Source of the DNA: Candidatus Rokubacteria bacterium 13_1_40CM_69_27 | GTDB lineage: Bacteria; Methylomirabilota; Methylomirabilia; Rokubacteriales; CSP1-6 | Direction of reading: 5' to 3' | Assembly (NCBI GenBank): GCA_001917535.1 | Contig: MNEF01000098.1 | Location: 45,241-109,240 of the forward strand | DNA: 64,000 nt | In this document: positions 35,568 to 43,919 of the stretch, in pieces | How the letters are laid out: each line of letters opens with the position of its first letter | Position numbering within the stretch: position 1 is the first letter of the stretch | Program-made: the position numbers and the translations under genes | The notes under the pieces: generated by a model | The model's input: only the letters and a program-made list of their open reading frames with translations | Told to the model about the DNA's origin: nothing | The model's database searches: none

Positions 35568-36296
35568 ATGGCTTCCGTTCGCGATTACTATAAGATTTTG
35601 GGTCTGGGCCGGCACGCCGACCAAGCAGCCATCAAGCGGGCCTACCGGCGACTCGCGCTGAAGCACCATCCCGACGTCGCCGGGCGCCATTCGCCGGCTC
35701 GTTTCCTGGAGATCCAGGAGGCCTACGCTGTTCTCTCCGATCCCGAAAAGCGCCGCCAGTACGACGCCGTCCGCCGGGAGCGGGACCTGGCGTCGCCGGG
35801 TGATCGCCCGGCACGGGCAGGCGCCAAGCGAGCTGGCCGTCGCCCGGGGGCGGACTTTTTCCGGCTCGTCGTGGAAGGGCTTGGGCTCAGCATCGGTGTC
35901 AGGCTGGGGAGGGCCGGGGGGGACCGGCGACGGCGCGGCCAAAAGCCGAGCTCGAAGGACCCGGGGCCACGGTCATGGAAAGATCTCACGCGATCAGTTC
36001 CGTCGCGCCCGTCACAATCACCCCTCGGGAGGCCACCGCCCGACCCGGCGGAGACAGGGAAAGCACGATCGGTGCCCCGGGGGCGACGGCGCGGCGGGAG
36101 TTGGGGAACTTGGCCATGGATCGTGCTGCGGCAGTGCGGGGCCGACGACTTGACGCCACCATCATCATCGCCAATGCTGCGGACCCCGTGTTCGTCGCCG
36201 ACCTCCAGGGCCGGATCTTGGCAAGGTCAGAACGCTGGAGCGGGAGAGCGACGGACAGATCCCGACCGTGGCGCTGACCGCCTACGCACGCAGTGA
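35568..36296 (+). CDS. J-domain (DnaJ-like) protein with a low-complexity C-terminal region
   Basis: It starts MASVRDYYKILGLGRHADQAAIKRAYRRLALKHHPD...EAYAVLSDPEKRRQYD, a canonical J domain with HPD. The following 170 aa are Pro/Arg/Ser-rich with no recognised domain and overlap the receiver remnant in another frame. The ATG at 35568 has a GAGGAG-type site upstream. Confidence 0.5.
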   Translation: MASVRDYYKILGLGRHADQAAIKRAYRRLALKHHPDVAGRHSPARFLEIQEAYAVLSDPEKRRQYDAVRRERDLASPGDRPARAGAKRAGRRPGADFFRLVVEGLGLSIGVRLGRAGGDRRRRGQKPSSKDPGPRSWKDLTRSVPSRPSQSPLGRPPPDPAETGKARSVPRGRRRGGSWGTWPWIVLRQCGADDLTPPSSSPMLRTPCSSPTSRAGSWQGQNAGAGERRTDPDRGADRLRTQ

Positions 36297-36417
36297 AGAT
36301 CGTGCGCGAGCGCTCTCCGCAGGATTCCAGATGCACGTGGCCAAGCCGGTCGAGCCGGTCGAGTTCGCGGCCCTCATTGCGGGCCTGACGGCCAGGCCCC
36401 GTCAGCGACGCGCCTGA
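36154..36417 (+). pseudogene. Response-regulator receiver (REC) domain remnant with a possible frameshift
   Basis: This frame encodes PGPDLGKVRTLERESDGQIPTVALTAYARSEDRARALSAGFQMHVAKPVEPVEFAALIAGL, which matches the REC beta3-to-alpha5 half, with no start codon. The phospho-acceptor segment DPVFVADLQG sits in a neighbouring frame, separated at a GGG run at about 36209. The N-terminal acidic pocket is not found. Confidence 0.35.
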
Positions 36418-36420
36418 TGA

Positions 36421-37935
36421 TCAGTGGCCCAGCCGCGCGATGACGGCGGCGAGCTGACACTTGCGAAAGCCGTAGGCGGTGATGCCCAGCACGCCGGGCG
36501 CGAGCAGGGCGGCGTCGTAGGGGTCGCGTAGCAGAACGACGGCGAGTGCGCGCGCCCGCGCCTGGATCGCGTCGAGCAGGGCGCGGTTCGACGAATAGAG
36601 GTGGGCGTCGAAGAGGAAGAGCACCGTCGCGTCGGCGACGCTGGCTCGCTCGGCCGCCTCGGTGATCTCCGCCGGCGACGGCTCGATGCCCACCAGCGCG
36701 GTGTCCGGGCTGACCCCGGCGGCGGCGAACGCCCGCGCGACATAGCCCTTCTCGTCGGTCAGCTCCGGCTCGATGGTGATGCGCGGGGCCAAGTCCGAAA
36801 AGCGAGGGAAGACGACCACGACGCGCCGGTTGAGCGCTTGCTTGAAGTCGGGTCGGCCCGCGGCGACGACGGTCAGCGCGCGCGTCGCCATGGCCATGGC
36901 CAGCGGCGTACCGTCGGTCTCGGCGGCTGGCGGACCGCCCTCGAAGCGGGCCGAGCGTGTCTGGCGGAGGCGCCCCACACGCTGGGCGGCGGCCTCCAGC
37001 TCGGGTCGGGGCCGCGCGCCCGCGCGGTAGGCCTGGACCAGCGCCTGCGCCGCCGCGCGCTGGGCATCCGCGGTATGACAGACGAGGAGCAGGTCATGAC
37101 CCGCCGCCGCGGCCCGCACGGTCGCCTCGCCGATGGGGCATGTCTCCGCGATCGCGCCCATCTCGAGATCGTCCGAGACGATGACGCCCCGGAAGCCCAC
37201 CTGGCCGCGCAGGTACTCCTCGACGATCAGGTGTGAGAAGGTGGCCGGCACCCCCGAGGGATCGAGGTTCGGATACACGGGATGGGACGTCATCACGCAC
37301 TCGATGCCGGCGGCGATGGCCTCGAGGAACGGCACGAGATGGAGCGCGTGCATCTCGTCCCAGGTCGACTCGATCCGCGGCAGGCGCAGGTGCGCGTCGA
37401 GGGGAGAGTGACCCTTGCCGGGGAAGTGCTTGGCGCATGCCGACAGGCCGCCCCGGGCCATCCCCCTGATTCGGGCGGCGCCGTAGCGGGCCACGATCGA
37501 CGGGTCCTTGCCGTACGACCGGATGCCGATGTTGGGGCTGTAGCGCTCGGTGAGGACGTCGAGCACCGGTGCCAGGTTCAGGTCCACGCCCAGCCGGCGC
37601 AGCTCGCGCGCCTCGATGAGGCCCTGGCGGAATGCGAACGCTTCCTCGCCCGCCGCGCCCACCGCGAGATTGTCCGGAAAGATCGTCACGCCGCGGCCGA
37701 GCATGATGACGCGGCCGCCCTCGTGGTCCGTGGCGACGAGCAGTCGGCGGCCGAGCGACGTCTCCAGTCGCGTGATCAGCGTCGCTAGCTGTTCGGGGCT
37801 CTCGAAGTTTCGCCGGTAGAGGATCAGGCCCGCCGCGCGCGTGTCGCGGAAGAGCGCGATGTCTTCCTCCCGGAGCACGGGGCCCGGCAGGCCGAACATC
37901 AGGCGCCCGCCGACGAGGTCTTCCAGGTCGCTCAC
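36421..37935 (-). CDS. nagZ: Beta-N-acetylhexosaminidase (glycoside hydrolase family 3, NagZ)
   Basis: 504 aa reading VATDHEGGRV...GIDLNLAPVLDV...KHFPGKGH...VIVSDDLEMGA. Confidence 0.85.
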   Translation of the reverse strand: MSDLEDLVGGRLMFGLPGPVLREEDIALFRDTRAAGLILYRRNFESPEQLATLITRLETSLGRRLLVATDHEGGRVIMLGRGVTIFPDNLAVGAAGEEAFAFRQGLIEARELRRLGVDLNLAPVLDVLTERYSPNIGIRSYGKDPSIVARYGAARIRGMARGGLSACAKHFPGKGHSPLDAHLRLPRIESTWDEMHALHLVPFLEAIAAGIECVMTSHPVYPNLDPSGVPATFSHLIVEEYLRGQVGFRGVIVSDDLEMGAIAETCPIGEATVRAAAAGHDLLLVCHTADAQRAAAQALVQAYRAGARPRPELEAAAQRVGRLRQTRSARFEGGPPAAETDGTPLAMAMATRALTVVAAGRPDFKQALNRRVVVVFPRFSDLAPRITIEPELTDEKGYVARAFAAAGVSPDTALVGIEPSPAEITEAAERASVADATVLFLFDAHLYSSNRALLDAIQARARALAVVLLRDPYDAALLAPGVLGITAYGFRKCQLAAVIARLGH

Positions 37936-38090
37936 GTGTCGATTTTAACGGACGTCGGCCCTTTGGCCGCCGCCGCGGCCGTCGTAAGAATCACGTATTC
38001 GTCGGCCCCGTGACAGATCGGCCCGACATGACGGTCGGCCCTCGTGCCTAACCTCTTCATAAGAATAAGTTTTCGAGCTTGGCCCGAGTC

Positions 38091-38106
38091 TGGCACAGGC
38101 GGTGCA
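38091..38106 (+). promoter_or_regulatory. Putative sigma-54 (-24/-12) promoter
   Basis: TGGCAC aggcg GTGCA. GG and GC are spaced as in the TGGCAC-N5-TTGCA consensus. It lies about 105 nt upstream of the glycine-zipper gene. Confidence 0.3.
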
Positions 38107-38211
38107 CGCCCGCAGCGGATGGAAGGATTGCAAGGAGCTGCGGTCATGGCGGTGCTCCGGGCAGGGCCGAAGGGCGAGGGGACGGGGACGAAGCCTCAAG
38201 GAGGGAGCGAC

Positions 38212-38721
38212 ATGGCGGACAACAGCTGGAACCCGTGGAAGATGACGGCGATCGGGATGGCGCTGGTGATGGTGACCGCGCTCATCACCGGTCTCGTCGT
38301 CGCGAACTGGAGCGGCTCGGATACCGGCGCGAAGGTGGTCGCGCCCCCAGCTCCGGCCTCGCGACCTGCCGCGCCGGCGGCGTCGCGACCGGTCGCCGCG
38401 ACGGCGCCCGTGTCCACGATGCCGACGCAGGTGGCGATCAACGCGTGTAACCAGTACGCGGCGCAGCAGGCGGGGCAGGGTGACAAGACCATGGAGGTCG
38501 TGAAGGACGCCGCGGTCGGCGCGGTGGTCGGGGCGGCGGTCGGGGCCGCCGGCGGCGCCATCGCCGACGGTGGCAAGGGTGCCGGCAAGGGCGCAGCGAT
38601 CGGCGGCGTGGTGGGCGCCGGGGCTGGCACCCTCTACGGGCTGAATGAGGGCAAGAAGAACGACCAGCGCTACCGTGATGCCTACGCGACCTGTATGCGC
38701 TCGAAGGGTTACACCGGCTAA
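38212..38721 (+). CDS. Glycine-zipper membrane protein (YMGG-like 'Gly-zipper_2TM' family)
   Basis: ATG at 38212 with AAGGAGG 7 nt upstream. It has an N-terminal TM helix, an Ala/Pro-rich linker, then GAVVGAAVGAAGGAIADGGKGAGKGAAIGGVVGAGAG and a C-terminal DAYATCMRSKGYTG. Confidence 0.6.
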   Translation: MADNSWNPWKMTAIGMALVMVTALITGLVVANWSGSDTGAKVVAPPAPASRPAAPAASRPVAATAPVSTMPTQVAINACNQYAAQQAGQGDKTMEVVKDAAVGAVVGAAVGAAGGAIADGGKGAGKGAAIGGVVGAGAGTLYGLNEGKKNDQRYRDAYATCMRSKGYTG

Positions 38722-38739
38722 TTCGGCCGCGTTCCCCTC

Positions 38740-38771
38740 GGCCCGCCCCGCGAGATCTCCGCGGGGCGGGC
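38740..38771 (+). terminator. Perfect 13-bp GC hairpin after the glycine-zipper gene
   Basis: ggcccgccccgcg agatctc cgcggggcgggcc. Confidence 0.4.
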
Positions 38772-38845
38772 CTGTGTCGCCGGGTCGATCGCCCCTCGTT
38801 GGTAAGATGAATGCAAGGATTCTGTGTCCATGGGGGAGGTTGGCG

Positions 38846-39184
38846 ATGAGAGCGTTCATCATTGCGTTGGTTCTGGGCTTGGCCATGCTCTGGGCGCTGC
38901 CCGGCTGGACCGCCGACGACTCGAAGGTCAAGGCGGGGACCAACCAGGTGGAGACCGGCGCCAAGAAGATCGGCGACGGCAAGATCGGCCAGGGTGTCGA
39001 GGATACGGCCAAAGGTATCGGCAAGACCGTCGTCGAGGGCGCCAAGTTCACCGGCGACAAGCTGAAGGAAGCCGGCAAGGCGGCCGAGCCGAAGGCCAAA
39101 ACCACCTGGGAGCACATCAAGGACGGGGCCGTTTCGTTCGGCCAGAGCGTCAAGAACTTCTTCGGGCGCCTGTTCTCGGGCTGA
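38846..39184 (+). CDS. Small secreted Lys/Gly-rich hypothetical protein
   Basis: ATG at 38846 after GGGGGAGG. It has a signal peptide MRAFIIALVLGLAMLWALPGWTA and a repetitive lysine-rich sequence (GAKKIGDGKIGQGVEDTAKGIGKTVVEGAKFTGDKLKEAGKAAEPKAK). Confidence 0.5.
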   Translation: MRAFIIALVLGLAMLWALPGWTADDSKVKAGTNQVETGAKKIGDGKIGQGVEDTAKGIGKTVVEGAKFTGDKLKEAGKAAEPKAKTTWEHIKDGAVSFGQSVKNFFGRLFSG

Positions 39185-39193
39185 CGAAGCCGG

Positions 39194-40372
39194 TCACGGG
39201 TAGAGGAGGTACGGCGCGCGCATTCGCCTCCAACCCTCGAGCGATCTGCGCCAGCCGCGCTCGATTTCGCCGAGCGCGGTGCCCCGCTCGAGCGCCAGAC
39301 GGATGACCTCGGTGCCGCAGAGAATGTCGATGGGGAGGCGCCGGCGCTCGAACTCATAGGGCGGCCGGCGCCAGGCGAAGCGGCGGGGCGCCAGGCGCCG
39401 CGCCGCGGCGAGCAGTGCGAGCCCCGTGACGAATGGTCTGAAGCGATCGCGATCGGTGACGTGCACCTGCACACCGCCGCACAGCCGCCCGGCCCACTTG
39501 TGAAAGGTCGGGGCGAAGCGGGCGGGGCGGAAGTGGACGCCGGGCAGGCGCTGGGCGTTCAGGAGCTCGGCGTACCGGTGGGCGTCGAGAAAGGGCGCGC
39601 CCACCCACTCGAACGGGCGCGTCGTGCCCCGGCCCTCCGAGAGATTGCTGCCCTCGATGAGGCAGCCGCCCGGATAGACACGCGCGGTGTCGGGCGTCGG
39701 CATGTTCGGTGACGGCGCGACCCACTGGAGCCCGGTGTCCTCCCACGCCATGGCCCGGCGCCAGCCGCTCATCGGCACCACCGTCAGCGCGCAGCCGAGC
39801 GCGTGCTCGGAGTTCAGGTAGCGCGCCAGCTCGCCGATCGTCATCCCGTGGCGCGCCGGAAGCGGGTAGAGGCCGACGAAGGAGGCGAACGCGGGGTCGG
39901 GGACGTTGCCTTCGACGGCGACGCCGCCGAGCGGGTTCGGCCGGTCGAGCACGATCAGCGGCACCCCGGCCCGCCCGCACGCCCGCATGGTCAGGGCCAT
40001 CGTCCACACGAAGGTGTAGTACCGGGCGCCGACGTCCTGCAGGTCCACGAGCAGCACGTCGAGATCGTGCAGCCTCGCGGGCGTCGGCGCGCGGCGCGGG
40101 CCGTAAAGGCTCTCGACGGGCAGCCCGGTCACGGGGTCGCGCGACCTTCCGACCCTCGCGTGGTCCTGGGCCGCGCCCCAGAGCCCGTGCTCGGGGGCAA
40201 AGAGGCGGGCCAGGCGAGCGCCGGGCAGGTCGGCCAGGAGCGTGACGGCGTGCTGGAGCCGGCCATCGACGGATGCCTGGTGAGCCAGCAGCGCGAAGCG
40301 CTTGCCCCTCAGGAGCGCGGCGCGGCGGCGGACGAGCACGTCGAGACCCGATGCGACGCGGCGCACGCGCAC
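39194..40372 (-). CDS. namZ: DUF1343 family protein (exo-beta-N-acetylmuramidase NamZ-like)
   Basis: It reads VASGLDVLV...LRGKRFALLAHQASV...LLVDLQDVGARYYTF...LDRPNPLGG. The start is chosen at the GTG at 40372 or 40366, because the tracked start at 40453 would abut the divergent murQ start. Confidence 0.75.
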   Translation of the reverse strand: MRVRRVASGLDVLVRRRAALLRGKRFALLAHQASVDGRLQHAVTLLADLPGARLARLFAPEHGLWGAAQDHARVGRSRDPVTGLPVESLYGPRRAPTPARLHDLDVLLVDLQDVGARYYTFVWTMALTMRACGRAGVPLIVLDRPNPLGGVAVEGNVPDPAFASFVGLYPLPARHGMTIGELARYLNSEHALGCALTVVPMSGWRRAMAWEDTGLQWVAPSPNMPTPDTARVYPGGCLIEGSNLSEGRGTTRPFEWVGAPFLDAHRYAELLNAQRLPGVHFRPARFAPTFHKWAGRLCGGVQVHVTDRDRFRPFVTGLALLAAARRLAPRRFAWRRPPYEFERRRLPIDILCGTEVIRLALERGTALGEIERGWRRSLEGWRRMRAPYLLYP

Positions 40373-40451
40373 GATAGTAGCCCACGGGGCGCTGCCGCTG
40401 CGCCGGCGTTCGTCACGTCCGGGCGGCGAATCGGGGTACGATGCGGGCGTC

Positions 40452-41363
40452 ATGCTCCGCCCACGCTACGAGCGGCTGCTGACGGAGCGCACCAATCGCG
40501 CGAGCCGCGCGCTCGACTGCCTGAGCCCACTGGCGATCGCCCGCCTCATGAACCGCGAGGATTGGCTGGCGGTGCGGGCGGTGGGCCGGGCGCTGCCGGC
40601 GATTGCGCGGGCCGTGGACCTCATCGTCGCGTCGCTCCGGCGGGGCGGCCGCCTGTTCTTCGTAGGCGCCGGCACCAGCGGCCGGCTGGGCGTGCTGGAG
40701 GCCGCCGAGTGCCCGCCGACCTTCGGCACCCCACGCGGTCTCGTGCAGGCGATCATGGCCGGCGGCCGCGCCTCCGTCTTCCGCGCGCGGGAGGGGGCCG
40801 AGGACGACGTGACGGCCGCCGTGCGGGCGGTGGGCGCCCGCGTGCGCCCGGGCGACGTGGTCGTGGGCGTCTCGGCGAGCGGGGTGACGCCATTCGTCCG
40901 CGCGGCGCTGGCGGCGGCCCGCCGCGGGGGCGCGGCGACCGTGCTCGTCGTCTGTAACCCGATGCGCCGGCGCCAGGGTGCGGCTCAGGCGCTTATCGCG
41001 CTGCGTCCGGGCCCCGAAGTCCTGGCGGGATCCACGCGGCTGAAGGCCGGGACGGCCACCAAGCTGGTGCTCAACACCCTCACCACGGCGAGCATGGCCC
41101 GGCTGGGTCGCATCTACGGTAATCGGATGGTCGATCTGCAACCGCGCTCGCGAAAGCTCCGCGCTCGCGCGCTGCGGCTCATTCAGGATGTCGCCGACGT
41201 GCCGCGCCCGGCGGCGGCTCGTGCGCTTGACGCCGCCGGCAATCGCGTGCGCCTGGCCATCGTCATGGCGCGGCGGGGACTGTCCGCGCCGGCCGCCGCC
41301 CGCGTCCTGCGCGCAGCCGGAGGGTCGCTGAGGACCGTCCTCGGCGGTGACAGCCACCGGTAA
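40452..41363 (+). CDS. murQ: N-acetylmuramic acid 6-phosphate etherase
   Basis: It has a SIS domain (LFFVGAGTSGRLGVLEAAECPPTFG, GVSASGVTPFV). The start is the ATG at 40452 (MLRPRYERLL). Confidence 0.85.
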   Translation: MLRPRYERLLTERTNRASRALDCLSPLAIARLMNREDWLAVRAVGRALPAIARAVDLIVASLRRGGRLFFVGAGTSGRLGVLEAAECPPTFGTPRGLVQAIMAGGRASVFRAREGAEDDVTAAVRAVGARVRPGDVVVGVSASGVTPFVRAALAAARRGGAATVLVVCNPMRRRQGAAQALIALRPGPEVLAGSTRLKAGTATKLVLNTLTTASMARLGRIYGNRMVDLQPRSRKLRARALRLIQDVADVPRPAAARALDAAGNRVRLAIVMARRGLSAPAAARVLRAAGGSLRTVLGGDSHR

Positions 41364-41455
41364 CCGCCTTCACACCCGAACTCCCGGCGGCGCCAAGAAA
41401 TGCCGCCAACGCCGCCCCCGCATCGCGGCACATGTTTTGCTCCGCTCGCTCAGCG

Positions 41456-42244
41456 ATGGTGGTTCGGCGCTGCGTCTGGCATCGCAAGTATCGCGGGTAC
41501 CCCCTCGTGTACGGCGTCGCCTCGTGGCGCGACCCGAGCATCGCCTTCAGCGATGGCATCTGCCGCCGGTGCACCGTCCGCCTGCGGGAGGACCTGCGGT
41601 TTCCCCCTCACGTGGTGGACTCGGCGCCGGAGGCGCCGGCGTGGGAGCCGCTGGTGCCGGGGACCGCGGTCGCGCTCGCCGTCATCGCGACGCTGCTGAT
41701 CGTCACGCAGCCCCTCGACGCGCCCCCGCCGGCGCGGATCGTGACGCCCGAGCCCCCGCGGGCCGTTGTCGACGCGGCCCTCGATCGCGCGGTCCGGATC
41801 GAGTCGCGGGGGGTGAGCCGGCCGGGCCCGCACCGAACCGTCACGACGAGGTCCAAGGCAGACGAGTCGGCGCTGCCGAGAGCGGCGGTGGCGATGCGTC
41901 CAGGGCGGCCTCTCCTCGCATCGGCAACGGGGGCCCGCCCGGCAGCCGCGAGCCCGCCCGGAGTGATCGCGTTCAACGACCGCGCGGCCGCGGGCGCCGG
42001 GTTGGGGATGCAGGCCCCCGAGGTCATCGAAGGGGGCCTCGACGCCCCCTGCGAGCCTCTCCCAGAGCCGATTGCGCCCGCGAAGCCGGCACTCGAACCG
42101 CGGTTACTCCGACAGCCCCTAGCCGACGCGGCGCCGCCTCAGGCGTGCGAGGGGCCGGCGGTGTCCTCGGCGCGCACCGGCGTCCGGCCACGCAGGAAGT
42201 CGAAGTCGCAGCCCTCGTCGGCTTGCAGCACGTGGTCGAGGTAG
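41456..42244 (+). CDS. Hypothetical Cys-rich membrane protein with a Pro-rich tail
   Basis: It starts MVVRRCVWHRKYRGYPLVYGVASWRDPSIAFSDGICRRCTVRL, a C-x2-H...C-x2-C zinc-ribbon-like module. This is followed by one TM helix (AVALAVIATLLIV) and then a long Pro/Ala-rich region whose 3' end overlaps the convergent dehydratase gene by about 100 nt. Confidence 0.35.
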   Translation: MVVRRCVWHRKYRGYPLVYGVASWRDPSIAFSDGICRRCTVRLREDLRFPPHVVDSAPEAPAWEPLVPGTAVALAVIATLLIVTQPLDAPPPARIVTPEPPRAVVDAALDRAVRIESRGVSRPGPHRTVTTRSKADESALPRAAVAMRPGRPLLASATGARPAAASPPGVIAFNDRAAAGAGLGMQAPEVIEGGLDAPCEPLPEPIAPAKPALEPRLLRQPLADAAPPQACEGPAVSSARTGVRPRRKSKSQPSSACSTWSR

Positions 42245-43872
42245 AGCCGGCCGTAGCCGCGGGTGAAGTGGGGCGGCCGCGGCTTCCAGGCCGCCTTGCG
42301 CCGGGCCAGCTCCTCATCGCCCACCCGGAGCGTCAGCGTGCGCGTCGGCACGTTCAGCTCGATCTCGTCGCCGTCGCGCACGAGGGCCAGGGGACCCCCG
42401 ACGGCCGACTCCGGCGCCACGTGCAGCACCACCGTGCCGTACGACGTTCCGCTCATCCGCGCGTCGGAGATGCGGACCATGTCCTTGACCCCCTTCTTCA
42501 ACAGGCGCGCCGGAATCGGCGCCGCGCCCCATTCCGGCATGCCGGGCGCCCCCTTGGGGCCGACGTGCTTGAGGACGAGGACGGACGTGTCGTCGACCGG
42601 CAACGCGGGGTCGTCGATCCGCTGGTGCAGATCGTCGTGGTCCTCGAAGACGACCGCCTTCCCCCGATGGGTGAGCAGGTGCGGCGAGGCCGCCGACTGC
42701 TTGAGCACAGCGCCGTCGGGACAGAGGTTGCCGGAGAGGATCACGGTTCCGCCCTCGGACCCCAGCGGCATCGAGAGCGGACGGATGACGTCTTCGTTGT
42801 AGCACCGCGCGTCGCGGACGTTGTCGGCCATGGAGACGCCGTTCACGGTGAGCGCGCCGCCGTGGAGCAACGGTAACAGCTCCTTGAGTACCGCCGGCAG
42901 CCCGCCGGAGTAGAAGAAGTCCTCCATCAGATATTTCCCCGACGGACGGAGGTTGGCCAGGAGGGGCGTGGTCTTGGACAACTCGTCGAAGCGGGAGAGC
43001 GGGAGTCGCACGCCCAGTCGGCCGGCGATCGCCACCAGGTGAATGATGGCGTTGGTGGAGCCCCCGATGGCCATGTCGGTGCGGATGGCGTTGTCGAACG
43101 CCTTCGCCGTCATGATCTCGGAGGGCTTGGGACCGCCGGCCAGGGCCATGGCGACAGCGCGGCGGCCGCTGAGCTCGGCCAGCGCCAGGCGCCGAGAGTC
43201 CGGCGCGGGAATGGCGGCGTTGCCCGGCAGGGTCATGCCGAGCGCCTCCGCCATCGAGGCCATCGTGGACGCCGTGCCCATGACCATGCAGTGACCGGTC
43301 GAGCGAGACATGCAGGATTCGGCCTCGCACAGCTCCTCGTCCGTGAGACGTCCGGCCCGGCGCTCCGCCCAGAGGCGCCAGACGTCGGTGCCCGAGCCCA
43401 GCTCCTCCATGCGCCACTTGCCCCGGAGCATCGGGCCGCCGGTGACCATGAGCGCGGGGATGTCGGCCGAGGCGGCGCCCATGAGCATGGCGGGGGTGGT
43501 CTTGTCGCAACCCGAGAGCAGCACCACGGCGTCCAGCGGATAGGCGCGGACGCACTCCTCGACGTCCATCGCCATCAAATTGCGGAAGAGCATCGTGGTG
43601 GGCTTCATCAGGACTTCCCCGAGCGAGATGGTCGGGAACTCGAGCGGGAAGCCGCCGGCGGACCACGCGCCGCGCTTGACCGCGTCGGCGACCTGGCGCA
43701 GATGGGCGTTGCAGTTGGTCAGCTCGGACCAGGAGTTGGCGATGCCGATCACCGGACGGCCGTCGAAGACGAGATCGCTGAACCCTTCGGTCTTGAGCCA
43801 CGAGCGATGGACGAACCCGTCCAGGTCCCGTCGCCCGAACCAGTTGCGGCTGCGGAGATGCTGTGTTGTCAT
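42139..43872 (-). CDS. Dihydroxy-acid/sugar-acid dehydratase (IlvD/EDD family)
   Basis: The start is the ATG at 43872 (MTTQHLRSRNWFG). It reads CDKTTPAML and SGGLP, and the [4Fe-4S] ligand cysteines are present. Confidence 0.85.
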   Translation of the reverse strand: MTTQHLRSRNWFGRRDLDGFVHRSWLKTEGFSDLVFDGRPVIGIANSWSELTNCNAHLRQVADAVKRGAWSAGGFPLEFPTISLGEVLMKPTTMLFRNLMAMDVEECVRAYPLDAVVLLSGCDKTTPAMLMGAASADIPALMVTGGPMLRGKWRMEELGSGTDVWRLWAERRAGRLTDEELCEAESCMSRSTGHCMVMGTASTMASMAEALGMTLPGNAAIPAPDSRRLALAELSGRRAVAMALAGGPKPSEIMTAKAFDNAIRTDMAIGGSTNAIIHLVAIAGRLGVRLPLSRFDELSKTTPLLANLRPSGKYLMEDFFYSGGLPAVLKELLPLLHGGALTVNGVSMADNVRDARCYNEDVIRPLSMPLGSEGGTVILSGNLCPDGAVLKQSAASPHLLTHRGKAVVFEDHDDLHQRIDDPALPVDDTSVLVLKHVGPKGAPGMPEWGAAPIPARLLKKGVKDMVRISDARMSGTSYGTVVLHVAPESAVGGPLALVRDGDEIELNVPTRTLTLRVGDEELARRKAAWKPRPPHFTRGYGRLYLDHVLQADEGCDFDFLRGRTPVRAEDTAGPSHA

Positions 43873-43919
43873 GAGTGCCTCCCGGGGCACTCGATTATAG
43901 AGGAGATCGGAGGAAACGA

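Noticed and set aside
40373-40453. The tracked start of the DUF1343/NamZ gene at 40453 (MTPASYPDSPP...)
   Set aside because: It would place the start codon back-to-back with the divergent murQ ATG at 40452. The conserved N-terminus begins near the GTG at 40372 or 40366.
41347-42876. A 509-aa plus ORF antisense to the IlvD/EDD dehydratase
   Set aside because: It has no domain signal and is arginine-rich. The dehydratase gene on the minus strand is unambiguous.
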